The position numbers and the translations under genes were made by a program. From assembly GCA_938002665.1 (NCBI GenBank), contig CALLAE010000012.1, positions 28,616-92,615 of the forward strand: a DNA stretch of 64,000 nt, written 5' to 3'. Of this stretch, positions 36,180 through 44,683 are shown piece after piece. The notes under the pieces were generated by a model. It saw only the letters and a program-made list of their open reading frames with translations. It had not been told where the DNA came from and did not search any database. This DNA is from an uncultured Saprospiraceae bacterium (GTDB lineage Bacteria > Bacteroidota > Bacteroidia > Chitinophagales > Saprospiraceae). Each line of letters opens with the position of its first letter. Position 1 is the stretch's first letter.

Positions 36180-38582
36180 CTAATTCCTCAAAGGCTTATT
36201 ATTCATCAACATATATTGAATCCTATCTAGCGTTTTTTGATTTCCTAGTAGAGATAAAAATGCTTCCCTCTCTAGATCTAATAGATATTGCTCGCTTACT
36301 TTTTGTTTGCTTGTTAAGTCTCCTCCACACATTACAAAGGCCACTTTCTTAGCTATCTCAACATCATAATCAGACATAAATAAACCTAGTCTAAATTCAT
36401 TTATAGCAGTATATAAAGCCGATAAGCCTGTTCTTCCTAATACCTCCACATCTTCTCTCGCCACTGGTGCTACAAAATCTTTAGCCATCTCTATTACTTT
36501 ATGTTTAGCTAGGCTGATATTCTTGGGAGTCCTAGGAGTTACTTCATCTTTCGTGGGCAGTAAAAGATTGTAATCATAGCCTTCCCATCCAGAGGTCGCT
36601 ACGCTAGCCATCGCGATGGGCTTAAAGTGATCTAAGAGGGTAGGAATCTGCACATCACCTTCAAAGTAAGCATCAGAAGCTCTCAAGGCCATTTCCTTAG
36701 TACCTCCACCACCTGGTAACAGTCCCACTCCAACTTCTACAAGACCTATATAAGATTCAGCTGCACAGACAGCGCCATTGGCATGCATTGTCATTTCACA
36801 TCCTCCTCCAAAAGTGTAGCCTTGGGTAGCGACTACAACTGGTACTTTAGAAGTTCTCATGTGCATGCATAACTGCTGGAACTGATTGACCATTTCATCT
36901 AACTTCTTAAAATCTTTCTGCATGGCAACCATGCCTACATTCATAAGATTAGCTCCGACAGTAAAGTGTTCAGCATTATTCCCTATCACTACTCCCTGGA
37001 GTCCATCGTTTTCAGCTTTGGAAATTGCTTCAAATATGCCATTTCCTATTCCTTCACCTATAGCATTGCTCTTAGACTGGAATTCTACACATAGTACGCC
37101 ACCTCCGATATCATGTACGGTACATTCTGAATTTTTGATAATTGGAGTTTTATCCCTTAGTGTATCTAAGATCACAAAACCTAAAGTGCTAGGGACAGTT
37201 AAGTATGCATTAGTTCTCAGGTCATAATACTTTTTTTGTCCTTCTTCTATCTTATAGAAGCTAGTTTGCCCTTTTGCTATCATATCCTCGACCCATTGAG
37301 GAATAGATTCTCCACATTCTTTAGCAATAGCTATACCTTTTTCTATGCCTATCTTGTCCCAGTACTCAAATGGGCCATAAGACCACTTGTAACCAGCCTT
37401 CATAGCATCATCTATACTGAATATTTCGTCAGATATTTCTGGAATTCTATTGGCTGTATAGCTGAACAATGCAGCAAAATATTCTTTGAGAAATTTATTT
37501 CCTTTCTCTTCTCCGTCTATTAGGGTCTGCAATCTTTTATCAAATAACTCTATTTTTCTGGCTGCACCTATGGAAGCTAACCTTGGCTTTATCGCTTTTT
37601 CGTACTCAAGAGTTTCTAGATTTAGAGCTAGATAGATTGTTTTTCCTTTCTCATCTTTTTCTTTGGTTCTCTCGTAGAATCCTTTTTTAGTTTTCTTACC
37701 GAGGAATTTATTCTCTACCAGAAAATCTACATACTTAGGATTTCCAGCTGCCTTTACTTTTTCAAAGTATGGATCACCAGGAGTATTGTTTGCCACAAAC
37801 TTGGCTACTTTGTCTCCTGTGTCTATACCTACTAAGTCTTGTAATTTGAAGGTAGCCGTTTTTGGCCTACCGATAAGCGGACCTGTTAGAGCATCTACTT
37901 CTTCTATTTTGAACTTATACTTATCTGTGAGCTCATACATTTTAGCACCAGACATGACGCCTATTCTATTCGCTATAAATGCTGGAGTATCTTTACACAG
38001 TACTGTGTCCTTTCCTAAAAAGCTATCTCCGTAGTCCATAAAGAAATCGATGACTCCCGGATCAGTTCCTTTGTGCGGTATGATTTCTAATAAAGACATG
38101 TATCTAGGGGGGTTGAAAAAGTGGGTACCACAGAAGTGCTTTTTAAAGTTTTCACTTCGTCCTTCTACTAGCATTCCTATTGGAATACTGGAAGTGTTTG
38201 AAGTAATAAGAGCACCTTCTTTAGCATATTTTTCTACCTTCTCGAAGATTTGCTTCTTGATATCAAGTCGTTCTATGACTACTTCTATTATCCAATCTGC
38301 TTCCCCTATTTTGTCAAAGTCATCTGTAAAATTCCCAGTCTTTATTCTTGAGGCAAATTTCTTAGTATACAATGATGCTGGCTTAGATTTTATGGCAGCT
38401 TTCAAGGCACCATTTACTATACTATTTCGAGCAACTTTGTTGTCTTTATCCTTCTCTGCTAAGTCAAATGGGACGATGTCTAGTAAAAGAACATCCAATC
38501 CTATATTGGCTAAGTGACAAGCAATACCTGAGCCCATCACTCCAGAACCTAAGACTGCGACTTTTTGTAACCGATGTTTCAT
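36180..38582 (-). CDS. fused 3-hydroxyacyl-CoA dehydrogenase / enoyl-CoA hydratase (FadB/FadJ-like, HAD domain N-terminal)
   Basis: 800 aa with N-terminal VAVLGSGVMGSGIA NAD-binding HAD domains and a C-terminal crotonase fold (GYTFGGGCEM). Confidence 0.9.
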   Translation of the reverse strand: MKHRLQKVAVLGSGVMGSGIACHLANIGLDVLLLDIVPFDLAEKDKDNKVARNSIVNGALKAAIKSKPASLYTKKFASRIKTGNFTDDFDKIGEADWIIEVVIERLDIKKQIFEKVEKYAKEGALITSNTSSIPIGMLVEGRSENFKKHFCGTHFFNPPRYMSLLEIIPHKGTDPGVIDFFMDYGDSFLGKDTVLCKDTPAFIANRIGVMSGAKMYELTDKYKFKIEEVDALTGPLIGRPKTATFKLQDLVGIDTGDKVAKFVANNTPGDPYFEKVKAAGNPKYVDFLVENKFLGKKTKKGFYERTKEKDEKGKTIYLALNLETLEYEKAIKPRLASIGAARKIELFDKRLQTLIDGEEKGNKFLKEYFAALFSYTANRIPEISDEIFSIDDAMKAGYKWSYGPFEYWDKIGIEKGIAIAKECGESIPQWVEDMIAKGQTSFYKIEEGQKKYYDLRTNAYLTVPSTLGFVILDTLRDKTPIIKNSECTVHDIGGGVLCVEFQSKSNAIGEGIGNGIFEAISKAENDGLQGVVIGNNAEHFTVGANLMNVGMVAMQKDFKKLDEMVNQFQQLCMHMRTSKVPVVVATQGYTFGGGCEMTMHANGAVCAAESYIGLVEVGVGLLPGGGGTKEMALRASDAYFEGDVQIPTLLDHFKPIAMASVATSGWEGYDYNLLLPTKDEVTPRTPKNISLAKHKVIEMAKDFVAPVAREDVEVLGRTGLSALYTAINEFRLGLFMSDYDVEIAKKVAFVMCGGDLTSKQKVSEQYLLDLEREAFLSLLGNQKTLDRIQYMLMNNKPLRN

Positions 38583-38623
38583 CTATAGAATTTATTGTCA
38601 TATAAAATTACGTCTTTTTGACT

Positions 38624-38650
38624 CTAAAAGTGACACTGTGTCACTTTTAG
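38624..38650. promoter_or_regulatory. 27-bp perfect palindrome, candidate repressor operator of the fad divergon
   Basis: CTAAAAGTGACAC-T-GTGTCACTTTTAG has 13-bp arms. It lies between the divergent fadB-like and acyl-CoA dehydrogenase genes and ends 3 nt before a TAACTTTG -7 box. Confidence 0.65.
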
Positions 38651-38653
38651 TTA

Positions 38654-38661
38654 TAACTTTG
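38654..38661 (+). promoter_or_regulatory. -7 promoter box TAACTTTG
   Basis: It is 39 nt upstream of the acyl-CoA dehydrogenase ATG (38700), directly after the palindrome. Confidence 0.5.
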
Positions 38662-38699
38662 AAAAGTAAATTTCACAGAATCACTTAAAATATTGAACT

Positions 38700-40508
38700 A
38701 TGGCAGACTACATGAGTATGGACAATTTGAGATTTATACTGCACGAAATGCTGGATGTGAGTCAGTTATGTGAACTAGAAAGACACAAAGACTACGATAA
38801 AGAAAGCTTTGATATTTTATTAGACTCTGCTAAGACTTATGCAGATAAAGTCATGTTTCCTACCTTAAAGGAAATGGATGAGGCTCCTGCTCATTACAAA
38901 GATGGAAAAGTTATTGTCCATCCTGTAGTGGGTCAAGTAATGAGGGATGCGGGTGAGAATGGCTCCATAGGTTCTACTTTTGATTATGAAGTAGGAGGGA
39001 TGCAATTACCCAATACTATCGCAGTAGGAGTTGCTCACATTTCTTCTGCGGCAAACAACTCTATAGGTGGATATGCAGGACTAACCTCTGGTGCAGCGCA
39101 TCTTATTATAAATTTCGGGTCTCAAGACCTTATTGAAACTTATACTCCTAAAATGATGAAAGGAGAGTGGGCTGGTACGATGTGTCTTACAGAACCGCAA
39201 GCGGGCAGCTCATTATCTGATATTACAACCTCAGCTACCCCTGTGGGTGATGGTTCATATAGAATCAAAGGCCAAAAGATATTTATCTCAGGTGGTGATC
39301 ATGAGCATTGTGATAATTTTATTCATCTAGTATTAGCTAGAATAGATGGTGCGCCGGCGGGTACTAAAGGGATTTCACTTTTTGTTGTGCCCAAGAAAAG
39401 AATATCTGGTGATGACCTAGAATCTAACGATGTATTGACTGCTGGAGATTTTCAGAAGATGGGTCAGAAAGGCTATTGCACTACTCATTTAGTATTTGGT
39501 GAGCAAGACGACTGTAAAGGCTGGTTAGTAGGTCCTCAAAATAAAGGTCTCAAATGTATGTTTCAGATGATGAATGGGGCTAGAATAGATGTAGGTGTAA
39601 CAGCTGCCTCTGTTGCAACAGCTGCCTATTATGCCTCACTCCAATATGCAAAAGAAAGACCGCAAGGCAGAAGAATCTTAGCAAATGGAGTAAAGAATGC
39701 TGAAGCAGAGCAGACCACTCTTATAAATCACCCTGATATAAGAAGGATGTTACTCCTACAAAGAGCCATTACGGAAGGGGCTCTTGCTTTGTTGCTGCAA
39801 GCCTCTCTCTACCATGATCTGAGTGAAGCAGGTCCGGAAGAGGATAGAGAGAAATATCATGATCTTCTAGAGCTTTTGACACCTATGGCTAAAACTTATC
39901 CATCAGAAATGGGAAGAACCTCTATCAATGCTGGTCTTCAGATTTTTGGTGGTTATGGTTTCTGTACAGAGTTTCCCTTAGAACAGTATTACAGGGATAT
40001 AAGAATCATGTCTTTGTATGAAGGTACAACTGGTATTCAGTCTCTAGATCTATTGGGTAGAAAGGTAACCATGAAGCATGGTGCTGCGATGAAGCATCTT
40101 ACTCTAGAGGTCATAGAAACGATAAAAGCGGCGAGTAACTATGATGATTTAAAAGTATATGCTGGTCAGCTCAAGAATGCTTCAAAAGACCTAGAAGCTA
40201 CCCTGATGCATCTGCTAAAGTTTGCAATGGAGGGAGATCATGAGAGATATATTGCTGATGCTACAGTATTTATGGATTACATGAGTACTATTGCTATAGG
40301 ATGGCAATGGTTAAAAATGGCGACAGTTGCCAAGACAGCCTTGGTAACTGGAAACATGAAAAGAAGTGAAGGTTTCTATGAGAATAAAATTCACACGATG
40401 CGTTTTTTCTTTAAATACGAGCTGCCAAAAATATATAGCTTAGCTGAAACTCTTAAGCACCCAGAATCATTAACTATATTAGAAGAAAATAAAACAGTGT
40501 TAGCATAA
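38700..40508 (+). CDS. acyl-CoA dehydrogenase (long form with C-terminal helical extension)
   Basis: 602 aa with GTMCLTEPQAGSSLSD and YEGTTGIQSLDLLGRK. It is divergent from the fadB-like gene. Confidence 0.9.
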   Translation: MADYMSMDNLRFILHEMLDVSQLCELERHKDYDKESFDILLDSAKTYADKVMFPTLKEMDEAPAHYKDGKVIVHPVVGQVMRDAGENGSIGSTFDYEVGGMQLPNTIAVGVAHISSAANNSIGGYAGLTSGAAHLIINFGSQDLIETYTPKMMKGEWAGTMCLTEPQAGSSLSDITTSATPVGDGSYRIKGQKIFISGGDHEHCDNFIHLVLARIDGAPAGTKGISLFVVPKKRISGDDLESNDVLTAGDFQKMGQKGYCTTHLVFGEQDDCKGWLVGPQNKGLKCMFQMMNGARIDVGVTAASVATAAYYASLQYAKERPQGRRILANGVKNAEAEQTTLINHPDIRRMLLLQRAITEGALALLLQASLYHDLSEAGPEEDREKYHDLLELLTPMAKTYPSEMGRTSINAGLQIFGGYGFCTEFPLEQYYRDIRIMSLYEGTTGIQSLDLLGRKVTMKHGAAMKHLTLEVIETIKAASNYDDLKVYAGQLKNASKDLEATLMHLLKFAMEGDHERYIADATVFMDYMSTIAIGWQWLKMATVAKTALVTGNMKRSEGFYENKIHTMRFFFKYELPKIYSLAETLKHPESLTILEENKTVLA

Positions 40509-40524
40509 TTTTTAAATATTTGAA

Positions 40525-40818
40525 ATGATTGAACAAGCAATAGAGAAATTTAGTGAAGCAGCCGGGAATGCTGCCCCAATTGGAGCTACTATCAAATTTA
40601 TGTTGGATGGTGAAGCAATTTTTATAGATGGAACTGGTGATGCAAATGTCGTCACAGGAGAGGATAAGGATGCTGATTGTACGATATCGATGAGCATGGA
40701 AGACTTAGTAAAACTGAGAAATGGAGAGCTAAACCCTATGATGGCAGTAATGGGAGGAAAAATTAAGATCAAAGGGGACATGGGCTTAGCGATGAAGCTT
40801 CAAACTCTTCTGGGGTAG
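40525..40818 (+). CDS. SCP2 sterol/lipid-carrier domain protein
   Basis: 97 aa with LVKLRNGELNPMMAVMGGKIKIKGDMGLAMKLQ, the typical SCP2 C-terminal pattern. Confidence 0.85.
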   Translation: MIEQAIEKFSEAAGNAAPIGATIKFMLDGEAIFIDGTGDANVVTGEDKDADCTISMSMEDLVKLRNGELNPMMAVMGGKIKIKGDMGLAMKLQTLLG

Positions 40819-40853
40819 AACAAAGAATAGTACATTATTGAGAAAGAATTAGG

Positions 40854-40881
40854 AGCTGCGAGAGATTGCGGCTTTTTTTTT
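40854..40881 (+). terminator. rho-independent terminator after the SCP2 gene, immediately before the repeat array
   Basis: AGCTGC-GAGAGATT-GCGGCT (6-bp stem with one G.U) followed by a run of 9 T. Confidence 0.6.
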
Positions 40882-40900
40882 GTCTCTCTTGAAGAATTGT

Positions 40901-41517
40901 TTCGAAAGACAAAGGGTGCCAAATCGTCCACTGTCTTGTCGACCTTGTGGAGACGACTTCAAAACTTGGAAGTTAGTAGTTGGTTAAGTTGAAGTTTTCT
41001 GCGCTTCACTTTGTTGCGGTCGAAAAGACAGAAGTTGAGGATTCTATTACTACCACTTGTTTTGTCGACCTTGTGGAGACAACTTCAAAACTAGGAAGGT
41101 AGTGGTTGGTTAAGTTGAAGTTTTCTCCGCTTCACTTCGTTGCGGTCGAAAAGACAAAGGATTTAGGTTTCTTTCAGTGCCACTTGTTTTGTCGACCTTT
41201 TGGAGACGACTTCCAAATTAGAAAAGACAGTGGTTGTTTAGGTTGAAGTTTTCTCCGCTTCACTTTGTTACGGTCGAAAGGACAAAATAGTCTAGGTTTC
41301 TTTCGGTGCCACTTGTTTTGTCGACCTTGTGGAGACGACTTCAAAACTAGGAAGGTAGTAGTTGGTTAAGTTGTAGTTTTCTTCGCTGCACTTCGTTACG
41401 GTCGAAAAGACAGAAGTTGAGGATTCTATTACTACCACTTGTCTTGTCGACCTTGTGGAGACAACTTCAAAACTAGAAAGGTAGATTTTGCTTCACTATA
41501 TTTTGGTCGAGAAGTCA
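40901..41517. repeat. tandem hairpin-unit array, left block (partial right arm plus units 1-5)
   Basis: Units lie at about 40929-41030, 41054-41156, 41181-41284, 41310-41412 and 41436-41517 (the last internally deleted). Consensus: CACTTGTCTTGTCGACCTTGTGGAGACAACTTCAAAACTAGGAAGGTAGTGGTTGGTTAAGTTGAAGTTTTCTCCGCTTCACTTCGTTGCGGTCGAAAAGACA. Linkers are 22-25 nt. Confidence 0.95.
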
Positions 41518-41533
41518 AGAAAATAGTTTTAGA

Positions 41534-41848
41534 CTATTCTTCTACATGAATAAACTCAGGATTTAGGGATAGCAGTTTAGGGTTTGTGCTTTTGATGAGA
41601 GTATTTTTCTTTGATCTATTCCATTTTTTTAGCTGTTTTTCTCTTGCAATAGCATCATTCACATATTGGTAGATTTCGTAATAGACCAATTCATAACAGT
41701 AGTACCTGCCTGAAAAGTATTTTACATTTCCTCTGTTTTCAAAATGTTCTTTTAACCTTCTGGAAAGATTTTTTGTAACACCTATGTACAGAGTAGTTCT
41801 AGCTGGATTGGAAAGTATATAGGTATAGTAGGTATGGTCCTTTTTCAT
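41534..41848 (-). CDS. GIY-YIG nuclease family protein (small stand-alone URI-domain type)
   Basis: 104 aa with YYTYIL...LYIGVT...RRLKEH...AIAREKQLKKW, which matches the GIY / YIG / Arg / Glu core order of the fold. It is embedded in the tandem repeat array. Confidence 0.85.
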   Translation of the reverse strand: MKKDHTYYTYILSNPARTTLYIGVTKNLSRRLKEHFENRGNVKYFSGRYYCYELVYYEIYQYVNDAIAREKQLKKWNRSKKNTLIKSTNPKLLSLNPEFIHVEE

Positions 41849-41904
41849 TTTTAAAGCTATTATCTCTGCTAAGTTAATGAAGACTTATATGAAAAGGTTA
41901 TGTA

Positions 41905-42809
41905 TACTGTTTGTCTTGTCGACTTGTGGAGACAACTTCCAAAAAAAATGAGTAGACAGTGGTTGGTTAGGTTGAAGTTTTCTCCGCTTCACTTTGTTGC
42001 GGTCGAAAGGACAAAAAGTCTTGGTTTCTTTCAGTATCACTTGTCTTGTCGACCTTGTGGAGACGACTTCCAAAGTAGAAAAGACAGTGATTGTTTAGGT
42101 TTCTCCGCTTCACTTTGTTACGGTCGAAAAGACAGAAGTTGAGGATTCTATTACTACCACTTGTCTTGTCGACCTTGTGGAGACAACTTCCAAACTAGGA
42201 AGGTAGTGGTTGGTTAAGTTGAAGTTTTCTCCGCTTCACTTTGTTACGGTAGAAAAGACAAAAGTCTTGGTTTCTTACAGTGCAACTTGTCTTGTCGACC
42301 TTGTGGAGACAACTTCCAAACTAGGAGGTAGTGATTGGTTAGGTTGAAGTTTTCTCCGCTTCAGTTCGTTGCGGTCGAAAGGATAAAGGATTTAGGTTTC
42401 TTTCAGTGCCACTTGTCTTGTCGACCTTGTGGAGACAACTTCAAAACTAGGAAGGTAGTGGTTGGTTAAGTTGAAGTTTTCTCCGCTTCACTTCGTTGCG
42501 GTGAAAGGACAAAAAGTCTTGGTTTATTTCAGTGCCACTTGTTTTGTCGACCTTTTGGAGACGACTTCCAAATTAGAAAAGACAGTGATTGTTTAGGTTG
42601 AAGTTTTCTCCGCTTCACTTCGTTACGGTCGAAAGGACAAAGGGTTCCAAAAATTCGCCCACTCTTTTTATCGACCTTGTGGAGACAACTTCAAAAAAAA
42701 TTGAAAAGACAATGATTGGTTAGGTTGAAGTTTTTTCTGCTTCACTTCGTTTTGGTCGAAAAGACAAAGGGTTCTATTTACGCTTCAGTTTGTTTTGATA
42801 CTAAAGACA
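41905..42809. repeat. tandem hairpin-unit array, right block (units 6-12 plus partial right arm)
   Basis: Units lie at about 41905-42013, 42038-42134, 42158-42260, 42283-42385, 42410-42511, 42536-42639 and 42660-42766, with a partial right arm at 42781-42809. Orientation is the same as the left block. Confidence 0.95.
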
Positions 42810-42825
42810 AAGTATGAAGGCTTTC

Positions 42826-43257
42826 CTAATCCTTCAGCGTATAGCTGGTAGAGATTGTGGCTGTCTTTTCTAGGATCTTGGCTACAGAACAATACTTTTC
42901 GATAGAGATATCTATGGCCTTTTTTAGTTTGTCTTCTTTCATTGAGCCCCACATGTGAAAATGGAGATGTATAGTCTTGTATTGAGTGGCGTCTCCTACC
43001 TTGACCCGTTCAGCCTCTACTTCGATTTTGATATCACGGATCTCTTGTTTCATTTTCTTTAGAATAAGAACAACATCTATAGCACTACATCCAGCTATGC
43101 CCATCAGTAAAGTCTCCATAGGTCTGACGCCATTTCCTTTGCCACCTATAGCAGCTGATCCATCTAGCAGTATAGAATTTTCTGTTTCATTAGTTGCGAC
43201 GAAGTTAACGTGGTCATCTATTCTACTGAGTCTTATTAAAGTCGTATTATCTGACAT
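42826..43257 (-). CDS. OsmC family protein (peroxiredoxin-like)
   Basis: 143 aa with GVRPMETLLMGIAGCSAIDV and C-terminal EKYCSV, giving the two conserved Cys regions of OsmC/Ohr. Confidence 0.8.
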   Translation of the reverse strand: MSDNTTLIRLSRIDDHVNFVATNETENSILLDGSAAIGGKGNGVRPMETLLMGIAGCSAIDVVLILKKMKQEIRDIKIEVEAERVKVGDATQYKTIHLHFHMWGSMKEDKLKKAIDISIEKYCSVAKILEKTATISTSYTLKD

Positions 43258-43266
43258 GGGACGAAA

Positions 43267-44679
43267 TTATTTAGAAAATTTATACGGCCACTCTCTGGGA
43301 TAATTCTCATAGATGCCGTTAAGATAAATTTGGCTTTCGGCAGCTTCAAGGAGTTTTTTAAACTCCTTGAGATCAGAAACTGGTTGATTATTGATACTAG
43401 TGATGATATATCCTGGATCCATATTGACAGAAGCAATTTTACTGTCCTTATAGATACTTACTACCATGACACCTTCTGTAGCATTGAGTTCTTTTTCGGC
43501 AGAGTCTAGGTCTCTCAGTTCGAAGCCTAGATCTGTGAATATTTTGTCTTTCCTGACTGCTATATAGTCTGTAGTATTTAGCTGGTTTCTAAGCGTAGCT
43601 GAAGTAGTCCTCACACTTCCCTTTCTTATGTAGCTTATCGTGACAGAATCCCCAGGTCTATATTGTGCGATAATTTCTAAGAAGGTAGGTTTACTCGGAG
43701 TAGGCTTTCCATCTAGGGCTATGATGACATCTTCATATAGTAAGCCTGCTTCGCTAGCAGCTCCATCTTTTTCCACCATATCTATAAATAGACCTTCTAT
43801 CTTTTCTAAGCCTAAAGCCTCTGCTCTTTTTTCATTGACATTCAGTCCTGAAATGCCTAGCCAAGCTCTTTGCACTGCTCCATATTCTCTTATGTCTGTA
43901 ATGACTTTCTGGACCATATTACTAGGTACGGCAAATGAGAATCCTTCGTATTTTCCAGAATAGGTAAGTATGGCAGTATTGATGCCTACTACTTCACCCA
44001 CAGTGTTTATAAGGGCACCACCACTATTTCCTGGATTGATTGCTGCATCTGTCTGTATAAACGATTCTATGCCTGGCCGCTTAAAGATATCTATGCTTCT
44101 AGCCTTAGCACTAACAATGCCTGCTGTTACACTAGAGCTTAGTTTAAACGGATTGCCTATAGCTAGCACCCATTCACCTATCTGTAAATCATCTGAATCG
44201 CCAAATTGTAAATAGGATAGAGCTGAGGCATCTATTTTGATAACAGCGATATCAGTAGGTCTATCATATCCGATAAGTTCTGCTTTGAATTCTCTCCTAT
44301 CCTCCAGTGTAATATTGATATCATCAGCATTTTCTACCACATGGTAGTTAGTGACTATAAAGCCATTAGCAGAAATAATAACCCCTGAACCATTTGATTT
44401 GGAATACTGATCCTTACGGAATACTTCTTTTTTGACTTGAACTGCCTCAAGTCCTACGACACTGTTTTTGGCTTTGTTGGCAGGTTCTATAAAACTAAGC
44501 TCTCCTATAGCAGAAGATCTTTCTAAGGCTGATGGAGAATTGTTATTTCTTTCTGAGACCAGCTGCGCATAATTCTCTTCCATTGTATCAATACTATCAT
44601 TGCGGAAATAATCATACACTAATATGCTCAGAGCAGAACAACAAAGGGCTATGATTATCGTATTAATACTTTTTGTCAT
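43267..44679 (-). CDS. HtrA/DegP-family serine protease with two PDZ domains
   Basis: 470 aa with an N-terminal anchor and the trypsin-like triad regions TNYHVV, DIAVIK and GNSGGALIN, followed by PDZ-like repeats. Confidence 0.9.
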   Translation of the reverse strand: MTKSINTIIIALCCSALSILVYDYFRNDSIDTMEENYAQLVSERNNNSPSALERSSAIGELSFIEPANKAKNSVVGLEAVQVKKEVFRKDQYSKSNGSGVIISANGFIVTNYHVVENADDINITLEDRREFKAELIGYDRPTDIAVIKIDASALSYLQFGDSDDLQIGEWVLAIGNPFKLSSSVTAGIVSAKARSIDIFKRPGIESFIQTDAAINPGNSGGALINTVGEVVGINTAILTYSGKYEGFSFAVPSNMVQKVITDIREYGAVQRAWLGISGLNVNEKRAEALGLEKIEGLFIDMVEKDGAASEAGLLYEDVIIALDGKPTPSKPTFLEIIAQYRPGDSVTISYIRKGSVRTTSATLRNQLNTTDYIAVRKDKIFTDLGFELRDLDSAEKELNATEGVMVVSIYKDSKIASVNMDPGYIITSINNQPVSDLKEFKKLLEAAESQIYLNGIYENYPREWPYKFSK

Positions 44680-44683
44680 ATGA

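Noticed and set aside
36886-38517. Plus-strand ORFs inside the fadB-like gene (36886..37227, 37236..37523, 37786..38034, 38050..38517)
   Set aside because: They are antisense shadows of a well-supported 800-aa gene and carry no motifs.
40512-40781. Minus-strand ORF overlapping the SCP2 gene
   Set aside because: It is antisense to a recognisable SCP2 domain ORF and has a low-complexity Ser/Pro/Ile translation.
41885-42142. ORF-track entries 41885..42073 (-) and 41900..42142 (+) as genes
   Set aside because: They lie entirely within repeat units. Their open frames are a by-product of the repeat sequence. The unit period is not a multiple of 3, so no frame is maintained across units.
40901-42809. 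The tandem array as a CRISPR locus
   Set aside because: The repeats are ~103 nt, not 24-48 nt, and they are degenerate. The 22-25-nt linkers are themselves repeated (one occurs three times, another twice) rather than unique. No cas genes or leader are present.
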